A stretch of DNA of 64,000 bases from Eukaryota sp. GEM-RC1 (Eukaryota). Shown here piece by piece: positions 53,735-64,000 of the stretch. The notes below the pieces were generated by a model. That model made no database searches. It saw only the letters and a program-made list of their open reading frames with translations, and was not told the DNA's origin. Where the stretch lies: contig JAUFOQ010000006.1 in NCBI GenBank assembly GCA_040285855.1, positions 2,108,001-2,172,000 of the forward strand, in the 5' to 3' direction. Every line of letters starts with the position of its first letter. Position 1 is the stretch's first letter. The position numbers and the translations under genes were made by a program.

Positions 53735-54359
53735 ATTTTTTATGTTGATTTTATAGTTTGATATTAGTTTGTAGTCCTGGGTTTAGTTTGTTGTTATTAT
53801 ATTTTGGAATGTTGTTCTGTTCCATCTACAGATTTGTATTTATTGCTCTTTAATATTACCTTTATAGACATTGAGTGAATAAGGCTAGATGTCGGCTTCT
53901 ATTTGATATGCAAAATCTATAGAAATTGTATTTTTAATTATTTGATTTGTGGAGATTGTCTTTCTGTTGATACTCTTTCTAAATCTATAGAAGATGTTAC
54001 AGTCCTATAGAAAACAAACTCTTGGATCTGATTGAAACGACTGAGAATAAGTTGATTGCAATCTCTTATCTACTGACGTTTCTTGTGTTAAGCTTGTCCC
54101 AAGAGCAGAGTTGGAAATGGAATGATGTAATGGGCAATGTACAATGCAAAATGTAGAAATGTCAGTCAATTTTATCAACACTTGAGGAATGTTTATTACA
54201 TGTTACTGAAAGAACGTCCAATTTCCTTGCATTACAAGCCATTTTACATTCAAATATACTGTCGTACCAGTGGCACACGTTCGTTGAAGTGTACATACAC
54301 TTGGACAGATTTGTAAAGAAGTTTTAATCTATTTAAAACTAAAGAAAAACTAAAAAAAA

Positions 54360-56189
54360 CTAAGTGGACGCTTGGAAAATTCCAAAACCTATTGTTTCAC
54401 TACCATCTCTAAGAATAAATCGATTCAATCCTTTAACAGAACTCTTTCCAAAAACAAGTGGATTACTGGACTTGATATTGACCACAGCACGTGACCAACT
54501 TGGTAACATTTTGATCCTTTTAGGAGAACCCCCTTGACTTCCAAAGAAATCAATTTGCTAATAAAAACTTCTTCCACAACATTATGTCTAAAAAGTAAAC
54601 AATTATGACCCTTGGTGATTGGAACAAGTGGCTCGAAAACAACCAATTTGACTTGGAACGAACTAGTTTCAATTAAATTATCACTAGTACCTAAGCACTG
54701 GAAACTATCTACCTGAATCTCTTCAGGCAAACTCAGTACCAACTCCACGTCATCACCAGCGATTGCCACCGCATTCACCTTGACTTCAGAAGAAACAGCC
54801 ATCTTATCAACAGTTACAGCAACTCTACCTGGGAATCCTAATAACCTATCCCCAGTAGTAATAGCTCCAGACTCAACCTTACAGCACAAAGCTGTTTGAA
54901 CAAGAGAGTCTGACATTGTGGAGCCTATTACAGGTAGAATAGGCGATTGAAGGAGAACCTCTGAAACATTGGGGGGAGGTAGTGCAAGAGATTCAATGGC
55001 TTCAATAAACGATGGACCGGAATACCAGGAATTTTGAAATCTGTCAACAATATTTTGTCCTTTGATTGCTGATAGTGGAACAAACACAATATTATTCTCT
55101 TTAAAACCAACTTTCTTCAATCCACTTGACAGCTCACCAATGATCTGAACATAACGTTCTTGCGACCACTCAATCATATCCATCTTATTCACAATCACAA
55201 TCAGATTTCCGACCCCCATTGATTTTGCAATCAAACAATGCTCTTTTGCCTGCCCCTTCTCAAACATCTCTTCAGTTTTCCCTTCAGTTCCATCAACCAC
55301 CAGCACTCCCACATCAGCTTCTCCCAACGACTGACAAGCTCTGGACACGTACTCGCGATGTCCAGGAGTATCTAGAATGGTGACGTGACACTTTCCACTC
55401 GGAGTAATGAATCTTCTAAGAGAAACGTCCATTGTTATCCCCCTTGATCGTTCTTCAGAGTGTTCATCTAATACCCAGGCATAGGCAAAGGAGGATTTCT
55501 TGAGGACAGAAGCCTCCCGTTTGAACTTCTCGATAGTTCTGGGATCTACAGTTCCTAGTAGAACAAGAAGGTGTCCAATCAGTGAGCTCTTTCCAGAATC
55601 AACGTGACCAATGATTGCTAAGCTGACGTGATTTAGAGTGGGTTGAGAGGATAGAATTAGTCTGTTTCGTTCTGTAGAAGAAGTTGCAGGTTCAGAAGTA
55701 GATGAATGTAAAGGTTCAGGGGTGGTAGAAGCCTTGGAAGTGGATTTGGACGAAGGCTGTTGTACAGGAAAAACACCTTTGGACTGTGAGGGATTAACTA
55801 ACTTTTGAGTAGCTGATTCAATGGCATTAGAAGATTTAGATGGATCAATTGGAAACAGAAGAAATGATTTCTCCAAAGGAAGATAGAGAAGCTTTCTGTT
55901 TTGTGTCCTGTAGAGTTGGAATAGAAATGCAAGAGTCTAAATCTGAAGGTTCTAAAGTTGCTGAGATGGATTGTTCAGGAAGAATAACTTCATCGTTGTA
56001 AAGAAGATCTAAAGCTGTATCGACATCACCATTCGCCTGTTCACAAGCTTGTTGTATGTATAACAAAGAAAATTCATCACCGACTATGGAAATAACTTCA
56101 GCTTCACAGGTTCGCAATATGTCTAGTTCAACATCTTCAGGTTCAGAATAGTCCGAATATATATCAAGGTCATCGTCGTCATAAGACAT
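54360..56189 (-). CDS. HBS1: HBS1-like translational GTPase (ribosome rescue, Dom34/Pelota partner)
   Basis: Acidic N-terminus and CUE-like HBS1_N (GDVDTALDLL); GHVDSGKS, KSSFAYAWVLD, ERSRGITMD, DTPGH, NKMD; C-terminal RFILRDGSETIGFG after a shift near 54510-54533; second shift at ~55851. Confidence 0.92.
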
Positions 56190-56212
56190 CGAAAAGGATA
56201 TTTCTTTACTCA

Positions 56213-58324
56213 ATGTCATCTTCTTCAGATTTCTATCTCAAAACTCTCTCCGAAAGTTTTCAATCTGGGTACCTCAGCTCTGACGAAGAAGACAGTTATA
56301 CGTCAACTCGACTACGTCGTAACTCTAGCGCTCGTTCAGATAATCGTCGATCTCGACGTCCTTCCATTGTTCTTGATAAAGTCTACTATCGAAATGACAT
56401 CATACCAGTCGATGAAAACCACCTCAATGAATTCAAAGCCATCCAAGTTTCTCGTTCTCCTGTCTCCATGATGGTCAAACTCACTATCGAGTACATTAAT
56501 GCCTTTCTCAACAGTGGACATGGTACAATTTACTTTGGAATTGATGACGATGGCGTTATCCTTGGAGTTCCTAAACTAGACCGCTCTCAACGTGATGAGC
56601 TCAGGTTGAAGTGCGATGGAGGACTTAATAGGTTCATTCCTCAAGTTGATCCAAAGTTATACAAGATTGACTTTGTCCCAGTCATTTGTAGGGATGAGCA
56701 GCAACTTCCTGATCTCTTTGTAGTTGAGGTAAGTGTGTCTAAAGGAACTGCTCCGATCTACTTCACTCAACGCTACAGTGCTTTCATTAGGACAACAGCA
56801 GGGGTTACGCGAGCTTCTCAAAGTTTGATTGAAGAGAGATTAGGTTTCGAGAACAAGACAAACAGACTGTCAAGTAGAGTTTATTCAAACGTGTTTAATT
56901 CACAAGTTGATTTAATAGGAAGGCAATCAGAGGTTAATCATTTAAAGGACTTTCTTACTATGCCAGGCAATCGGATAGCAATGGTTTATGGCAGTCCTTT
57001 GGTAGGAAAGAGCTCTTTGGCAAGGGAAGTTATGTCAGAATTAATCAAATTTGATGCCTACCTAGACTCATACACCTCTAGTTGTTCAGGAGTCCAATCA
57101 AAAGACCAATCACCACCCCCTTGTCACTTAGTTTTGGACCTTTCTGGTGTTTATGACCGACACGTGCTCCCTAAAGACGCGATGAGGTTGGCATTGAAGT
57201 CACATTCTAACAGAAATGACGGGGAGTTCAACTCGAGAGATATTAGAGGAAGTGATTTGAAAGTTAAGTATCAGTCTTTATTCGCTGGAAGGGAGGTATT
57301 CATATTATTTGAAAATGCTGGGAATATTTCAAATTTGTTGGACCTCCTGCCCAGTCCTCACCTATGCACTTCTTCCAAAGTCATTGTCACCAGCCGGAAG
57401 AACCTTTCTTTTGAACACGTGGTTGACCTCTCAACTTACACAGTGCTATCTCTCCGTGTTCAGCCACTGGTTCCTTCAGAAGGTGCTCTTTTGTTGAAAA
57501 GTCTGGTACCCTCTATTAGACACAGTGAAGGAGAGAAACTGTCAGAGTTAGTTTCAGGTCTACCTGTTGCTTTGAAGATGTTGGGGTCTTTAATGACACG
57601 TAGAAAGGTTCTAACTGCTGAAATCCTCAGCAATCGTCTTTCAAACCCTCCGACGTCTCCCTCTGATGTTGGAGAGCCATTAGCTTCACTCTTCCACCTC
57701 CTCTCCCCTGCTCTGAGTCAACTTCCTCCTGAGTGCAGGGTTATACTAGAGGTTTCTTCTGTGTTTTACCGTAGCTTTACCATTGAGTCATTGAGGAGGA
57801 GTCATGGGACATTTGGTAGAGATTGGTGGGGAAGAGGGGGGTTCTCCACAGCTGAAGCCTTTGTAGGTTCAGTGAAGTCACTGATTGAGCGGGAGAATTT
57901 GTTTATTGATGGGTTGTCGTTACTTATAGAAGATTCGTTGTTGAACTTTGAGCAAAATTCTCAACGATATTGTTTACTAGAGTCAATCAAAACGTGTTTT
58001 TGGCATCTACTAGGAACAGAAACACGTGATTTGTTACGCAGAGCATTTGTTGAGTACTTTTTAAATATGTTTCAAAAGAAATTCAACAAGAAATCAAGTA
58101 ATGTTCATGATTCCAAGAGCTTTGGAGATCTTCACTCTCTTTGCTACTCAGAATCTTCAAATTTTGAAGCTTTACTACTTATTTTAAAAGAAACACCTCA
58201 TTTGGAAGGTCGAGATATATTCATTTTAGGAAGGAATATATTTGAGGATATTCTGTCTGAAAATGCTGTAAGAATTTTACATGAAATTACTGGTCCGAGT
58301 TCCCCATCAATCTCTTCTTCTTAG
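56213..58324 (+). CDS. Schlafen/AlbA_2 nuclease domain fused to NB-ARC/STAND NTPase
   Basis: 703-aa intact ORF. AlbA_2: DENHLNEFK, YINAFLNSGHGTIYFGIDDDG. STAND: LIGRQSE, YGSPLVGKSSLA, ILFENA, VIVTSRK, GLPVAL, RYCLLESIK. Confidence 0.88.
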   Translation: MSSSSDFYLKTLSESFQSGYLSSDEEDSYTSTRLRRNSSARSDNRRSRRPSIVLDKVYYRNDIIPVDENHLNEFKAIQVSRSPVSMMVKLTIEYINAFLNSGHGTIYFGIDDDGVILGVPKLDRSQRDELRLKCDGGLNRFIPQVDPKLYKIDFVPVICRDEQQLPDLFVVEVSVSKGTAPIYFTQRYSAFIRTTAGVTRASQSLIEERLGFENKTNRLSSRVYSNVFNSQVDLIGRQSEVNHLKDFLTMPGNRIAMVYGSPLVGKSSLAREVMSELIKFDAYLDSYTSSCSGVQSKDQSPPPCHLVLDLSGVYDRHVLPKDAMRLALKSHSNRNDGEFNSRDIRGSDLKVKYQSLFAGREVFILFENAGNISNLLDLLPSPHLCTSSKVIVTSRKNLSFEHVVDLSTYTVLSLRVQPLVPSEGALLLKSLVPSIRHSEGEKLSELVSGLPVALKMLGSLMTRRKVLTAEILSNRLSNPPTSPSDVGEPLASLFHLLSPALSQLPPECRVILEVSSVFYRSFTIESLRRSHGTFGRDWWGRGGFSTAEAFVGSVKSLIERENLFIDGLSLLIEDSLLNFEQNSQRYCLLESIKTCFWHLLGTETRDLLRRAFVEYFLNMFQKKFNKKSSNVHDSKSFGDLHSLCYSESSNFEALLLILKETPHLEGRDIFILGRNIFEDILSENAVRILHEITGPSSPSISSS

Positions 58325-58623
58325 TACTAGTATTTGGATGGAAAGATGATCTTAGGCGAGAATATCGAGTATTTGGCATTTCAATCTCATTTACATTCAA
58401 TCTTGGGAATACTGACCGGAATAATCTCATGATTGATTAAATGATTGGGCTGGAAATGTGATCATGTGACCTTCCGATTTGAATCCTTTTTTCAGTATCT
58501 GGCTAATCTTGTTAATAAGACTTTCTTCTTTTTAGTTCGATAATGAAGACATTTGGATTCGACTCAAGCTAAGGATAAATATTGAACAGTCAAATTTATT
58601 TACAAATTACAAAAACAAAACGT

Positions 58624-59850
58624 CTATACGTCATGAGTTGCACTTAATGCTTGCTTATCAACATCACGTTTCCCTTTAAAATTTGAGTTCTTGGACACCG
58701 ATATCCAAAGAAAAAACCTATAACCCAGATAAAGACACAAAACAATGGATAAAACAACCAAGACAGACAGAATATTGTCAATAAAGTTATATTCATTAAA
58801 GGTAAATTGACACAAACTCTGTTTCAAACAATGTCCAGACACTGACTTCACAACGTAAATCACAAGTCTTCCAGGAAACTCCAACAACAGAAACATTGTA
58901 ATTCCTAAATTTAAAATATAATAAACATGATAGACTTTGTAAACCCCAGTCAAAGTAAAGTTCTTTTTCCAAACATACAACTTCCAACAGATGAATCCAC
59001 CTAATAGAACCATGATCAGTGACGTAGTGTGTCGTGAAAAGGCCACACCAAGTTATAGACATATTAAGTACCAGTAACACATAAGAAAAGATCGAGATAG
59101 ACAAATGAACGTAAGCAGGATGAGTGGCAAAGGGAAAATATACAAGTCTCTTAAATACTTTTTGTGTTCTTCACAAAAGCTCGTTGATGTTACCAAGTGT
59201 ATTGACTGACCAATTGATCCAAAAACAGCAATGTACAGAGGAATTAGCAATACAGAAGCCATCAGTGCAAGAAGCAATAAGGACAGCATCAACAATGGCT
59301 CCAAAGAAAAGTTCCAGCTAATGTCAGAGTAAATTCCACAAACGGATTGATCATTGGACAGACAATACAAACCATTGAGGTCATCTGGAAGTGATGTCTG
59401 AAACAACGCCAAAGAAGGAGGCAGAGTGATAAGGTAGAGATGGAAGTGTGAGAACATGACCAAATAGAAGGGGATTGATAGCACAATTAAACCAAAGGCA
59501 GTGAAGGATGCGGGCTTTTCAGGAGCATCACGGCCAAATAAACGACGATCTATTTCAAAATGATGCGGTTTGAGCAGGAGAAAGAATAGAGTAAGCATCC
59601 AAAAGCCGGAAAAGTTCAGCATCTTCAACGGGAAGTACAGTGCCATCCATGACAAGAGGCATCCCAAACCACCTATGAAGAACAACAATAGTTGGAGAGC
59701 AACAAAACCTCGACGTGATTCAGTTGTTTGAGGGGATTCAGCATTAGGAGCATTCAACATTGAAATTGATTGGTGACTTGATTGAACATTGTGCATCATT
59801 GTATGTGCTGCTACAATGTAGGAATGTGTCTTTTGATCCCTTCTAAACAC
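58624..59850 (-). CDS. Hypothetical multi-pass membrane protein
   Basis: Two hydrophobic same-frame ORFs separated by one TAA (59053-59055), bridgeable by compensating indels; start uncertain. Confidence 0.5.
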
Positions 59851-60599
59851 TCAACAACTGGTTTCAAAGAACGTACTTCTGACGAAAGCTTGTCCCTATT
59901 TCTGGTTTTAAACAACTACCTGTAGTAACTACATTAGCACCCACAAAAAATCTATATTTATACTGTGTGATCGAACAATAAATTCATTGTCCAAACAGAT
60001 ATTGTATTTTACTGTAGGTATATTTTCGCGAAACAACACCAAATACTAATACAATATTTCTACTATATTAAAAGCAATAATCAATTTGAATAACTGTTTT
60101 CTACATGTTCAACGTCACTTTCTGCTTTCTGAGTCATAACAAACGTCACTGTCTGTTGACTTCAGGTACAGTTGATTTCAGTATATGCAAAACCTCATTT
60201 CAAAACATTGAATGCGGTTTGGACGATCAGAGAAAATGTATTTTGTTTTACTGTAAAAGTGTTCAAAGTGTTCACTAGATGTTGGTATAAATAATAGATC
60301 ACTCTTTATTAAATTCAACGTATTGACGATGAACAGTATCGTGAACGTGGCCGAGTTTACGATGTGCCGTATGCAGATGGTGTAATTCCCTGGTAGAGGG
60401 AAGAGTAGTGATTAGCTGTCTTGGATGTTAAGAATCTCCCATCTGTTAATTTTTTTTGATGCTCAAAAGACATTCCACTAGTATTTATATACACTTGTAA
60501 GGTGTCCAAACATCAGAGCATTCCAGATGACCAATTGGAGGTTGTACTTCTTGCGATGTGAAAACCAATAGACAGTTGTCTGATATGTGATTCTTCTTT

Positions 60600-60920
60600 C
60601 AGTTCCATACATTGGAAAAAATACAAAGTACTGTCACTTAATTAACCAATTGAATGTTGAAAGGTACAATTCTTTTGTGTTTCAACCGCTTGCGACGTCG
60701 ATATACGGTATTGTTGGACCAGCTGCACAAGATTTTTTAAATTCCTTTGGTAAATTGTGTTCTGAGTATGGTAAAGTTTTCAATGAAAATTTTTGGTTGA
60801 GTAGGTTAACGTTTGCGTTGTTTCGTTCAATGCGCAGGTATTTTAATTCAATTTTAGGTAAGTTGTTCGGTGATGGACAGAAGGACCATAGTTTAGATAC
60901 TTTAGTTAGTGTCTGTTAGT
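60600..60920 (+). mobile_element. 3' fragment of CRE/SLACS-like non-LTR retrotransposon
   Basis: KNTKY...FVFQPLATSIYGIVGPAAQDFL...FWLSRLTFALFRS; TTAG-rich tail. Confidence 0.78.
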
Positions 60921-61392
60921 TAGTGTTTTCTGCAAAAGCTTTTGTTTCACTGTTTGATCATAAACCCCGTTTTGTTTTAAATATTGTAATGTGTTATTGT
61001 ACAATATTCTGTTTAGTGTGCTCGAACAATAAATACTCTAAAACAACTAATAAAACGCCCCCAAAAACCACATCTAATTGAGCGCCACCCCTCATTTTCG
61101 TATCAATACTTTTAAGATGGTTTATTAGGAAATACTGGAGTCTAAGTCGAGTTTTTGTAAACCCCTAATAAAGCTGCTTTAAAGCAGACTTAGACCGCAG
61201 GCCATTATGTCCTCAAAAAATGAAAAACTGACACAAAACATACAATAGATACAAATGCAGTAAACAAAACTTCCTAGTATAGCAAAATACTGTACTGTAA
61301 TAACAAACTAAAATGACATATCCTACTGAAAGTTTTCCATCATTACTAATATAGAACCAAGCATAAAAGAAATCAATCATGGTAAAAACAAT

Positions 61393-62630
61393 TCACCTAG
61401 GCAATTCAAGTTTGGAACCCACCCCAAGTGGATAATCACAGTTATCAGCAGCAGAAAGGATTTCCTTAGAATTGGCAACGTCCACTCCCGCTATTCGAAG
61501 TTCACCGACTAGCAAATCAACCAGACCAATCAGATTTGATATTTGATGACGTTGTTCAATCATTATTCGCTGAATTCTTCTCATTTCCTGTACAACAGCC
61601 CCATTTTGAACACCTTTTGGAGACATGGAATCACGTGGAGATTGCAGAAGCATTTGTTTACTCTTACCTTTTGATTTCATCTTCCTCTCACTTCTATCCT
61701 GCCCACTTGAGATCCATTCCTGAATTCCTTCCTGCTCAGCTGCTTTTGCTAGATTAACAAAATCTGGAATCACATCATCATCTTTCTTCTTACTTCCCTT
61801 GTCACAAACCACTGTTCCCATGTCAGAGTCATCACTATCACTCTCTTCCACTTTCTGCCTTCTTCTAACTGTCTTACGAGAGGATTTTTGAACTAGAAGA
61901 GCTTTTACTAACAGATCCAGAACTTGATTTAGATGACCTAGAATGATCTTGGTCAATAAGTACAGGATCATCCTGTTTGGAGATTAAATCAATGGTACAT
62001 GGAACTTCATCAGGAGGTTGAAGTGTAATCGTACAGTTTGATTGCTCAACAACGACTTCCCCCTCCTTTTGGTAGAAATGAGCTCATCTTTCTCTCTTCA
62101 TCGGAACTAGAAATGAGTTGACCATTAATAAAGAGCTGTTGTTCTTCGTGAGCAAGATGAGCAGTGCGGGAGACATGGTTTCGGAATTTAGATAGTGTTA
62201 GTTTTCTGTATTGAGCAACAGTAAAGTAGAGAGTATGGGATCTTTTGGCAATTTGGTTAACTAGAATAATCTTGACAGACGAATCTAAATCTAGGTCATC
62301 GGTAAAGTCCTGAGACTGATCCAATGTCGAGTTCTGAAGGGAATCCTTTTGGATGGCTTCAAACTTAGCAATCCAAGATAACCTGTCGACCACAGATTCA
62401 CAATAAACAGTTACATCGTTAATTGAAAAGGGGTATTGAAGAGGAAGAGAGGAAGTTTTGGGCAGTAATCGGAATTTAGCGGTAGATACGTCGATTGTTT
62501 TCTTTTGTCCATCAGAATATTCGATAAGAAGAGAGTTATTGACGAGATTTAGGGAAGCAGGAATGTTTCGAGAGCAAGACTTAGACGTGGCTGAGTAGGG
62601 CGAACTAGAAGTGAGAGACATTGACATCAC
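61393..62630 (-). CDS. Hypothetical protein with PH-like and ubiquitin-like segments
   Basis: VYCESVVDRLSWIAKF (PH C-terminal helix-like), QQLFINGQLI (Ubl-like); ORFs joined via shifts at ~62059-62063 and ~61885. Confidence 0.5.
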
Positions 62631-62731
62631 TGTGAGACTTTGAAATTGAAAGCAGATTTCTCTTCAAGAATCACGATTAGTCGAAATTTTTCTAAAACAG
62701 GTCCACTATTAGAATCACGATTAGCTGTACA

Positions 62732-63068
62732 CATGGCTCTTCAAAAAATAATTGCATTTTGCAATTATTTCAATACTGTATTGCAACTGCTTGGAATATT
62801 GCAGTACATTATTGCATGTTGTTTCGTTATTGCAGTTATTGTAAGCAATACTCATCCAATTACCGAAACCGTTTTTTTGTTGTTTTTTATCATGATCTAG
62901 AAGTAGTGTTGTGTATTCAAAGCAGAAATTATAAAATTGGGGGGTGTTGTAAATACGAGTGTATAAAATAACAGTAATGTAGCACTTAAGCAGCAAATTT
63001 GTCGTTAAAACATATTGCAGCAACATAAATTTTCACAATAAATTGCAATTATGTTTTGAAGTGGCCTG
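62732..63068. mobile_element. hAT-type MITE (family E), 337 bp
   Basis: Imperfect 25-bp TIR CATGGCTCTTCAAAAAATAATTGCA vs CAGGCCACTTCAAAACATAATTGCA; 8-bp TSD GCTGTACA at 62724-62731 and 63069-63076; ATTGCA repeats. Confidence 0.85.
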
Positions 63069-63209
63069 GCTGTACACTATTTGAAGCTCTGCATTAATCT
63101 AGTTTGGTTTGTACTGTTCACTATATCTAAAAGAACTAACAGTAAATTAGAACAATACACCTGTTTATTATCAAAAAAATTAATTCCTGATAATCATTAA
63201 ATTACAACA

Positions 63210-64000
63210 TCAAGTTTTTTTGACAAACTTCCTTTTAGTAGCTGTTTTCGGTTCCTTACTACTACTCACATCAGAAGGTGTTTCTGATACAGACTTCTCT
63301 AACTTAGGTGATGGTTGAGAAGTTGATGATGTGATTGATGACGTGCTTACGCTCTCACTGGGATCAACAGCGCCAAAACGAATCCTCGAAAATTCATCAT
63401 CTGGACTGGAAAGTTTAGCAGGGCTTGAAGAAGTTATCGAAGGGGTGTGTTCCTTTGTCCGTTGTTTGATTGATACAGGCTGATCTGATGACGTGATTGT
63501 CGACATGTCATTCTGTGGAGTTTGACGATGTCGTGTTTGTCTACTAGCATTGCCTCCTCTTCCCGCTGACTTTTCACGACTTCTTGACTTCCAATGATTT
63601 CCTCTAGAATCCGATTGTCCTCTAGGACGATGTGGCTGTTCAACTTTGGTCGCTGATGGCCTTTGTTCAAGAAAAGATGTCTCAATTGGTTTCCTCTGAA
63701 CAAATTTCTTTTCATGTCGTCGTGGTTTAACTTGTTTTTTTTCTACTGGAAGTATTGGGTTTTTTTCTATAGGTAATATTGGTTTCTTTTTTGATTCATC
63801 ACTGGCTTGTGCTTTCAGTTCAAGTGCTTTTAATTTCTCGTCACATCTACGTTTCCTTTCCTTTTCCTCTTCTTCTTCTATTCGACGTTTCTCTTCAAAT
63901 TTAATACGAGCATTTTCATTGACTTCCTTTGAGTAGTTTTCTATCTCCTCTAGTGTTAAACCATCCAATCCTCCAGAGTCTGTGTGGGAAAGTGCGGGAG
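63210..64000 (-). CDS. Hypothetical protein, C-terminal part (charged coiled coil plus disordered tail)
   Basis: Frame is open to the window end. Confidence 0.6.
   Translation of the reverse strand, partial: PALSHTDSGGLDGLTLEEIENYSKEVNENARIKFEEKRRIEEEEEKERKRRCDEKLKALELKAQASDESKKKPILPIEKNPILPVEKKQVKPRRHEKKFVQRKPIETSFLEQRPSATKVEQPHRPRGQSDSRGNHWKSRSREKSAGRGGNASRQTRHRQTPQNDMSTITSSDQPVSIKQRTKEHTPSITSSSPAKLSSPDDEFSRIRFGAVDPSESVSTSSITSSTSQPSPKLEKSVSETPSDVSSSKEPKTATKRKFVKKT

Noticed and set aside
51355..58324. TRAF + HD hydrolase + Schlafen-STAND as a defence island
   Set aside because: Interspersed with a cyclin and HBS1; the HD protein is the generic YpgQ type; no evidence beyond proximity.
43733..59055. 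Stop-codon reassignment or readthrough suggested by in-frame TAG (43733-43735) and TAA (59053-59055) between same-frame ORFs
   Set aside because: Multi-kb ORFs contain no TAA/TAG and genes end in all three stops; both cases are bridged by pairs of compensating indels.
4884..62063. Euplotes-like programmed ribosomal frameshifting or U-insertion editing
   Set aside because: Shifts are both +1 and -1, not adjacent to stops, and involve A-runs as well as U-runs in mRNA sense; this fits sequencing error better.

Overview
Gene-dense, AT-rich eukaryotic (protist) genomic window. Standard genetic code, tiny GT-AG spliceosomal introns (28-39 nt, mostly GTWTGT donors), and divergent gene pairs with start codons only ~23-60 bp apart. 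This resembles compact protist genomes such as free-living metamonads, but the taxon is a guess. About 27 genes: housekeeping (RPS7, WDR18/IPI3, WDR70, CstF77/RNA14, HBS1, KIFBP, cyclin, XDH), a ~3,340-aa IPT/TIG multi-TM surface protein, a tandem-BTB protein, RING-CH and TRAF-type ligases, a bacterial-type APC transporter-PTS EIIA fusion carrying introns, and a hybrid histidine kinase. The kinase H-box is split by three micro-introns and its CDS is interrupted by a hAT element. A Schlafen/AlbA_2 nuclease fused to an NB-ARC/STAND NTPase sits head-to-head with HBS1 and is the best candidate for a novel system. Mobile DNA: six non-autonomous hAT elements (five families) with perfect 8-bp TSDs, one TA-flanked MITE and five 3' fragments of CRE/SLACS-like retrotransposons. 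Roughly 25 single-base frameshifts break many ORFs, mostly at homopolymers or TTCCA/TGGAA. These are most likely long-read consensus errors, so joined gene models are inferred. All family calls come from motif recognition; no database searches were run.
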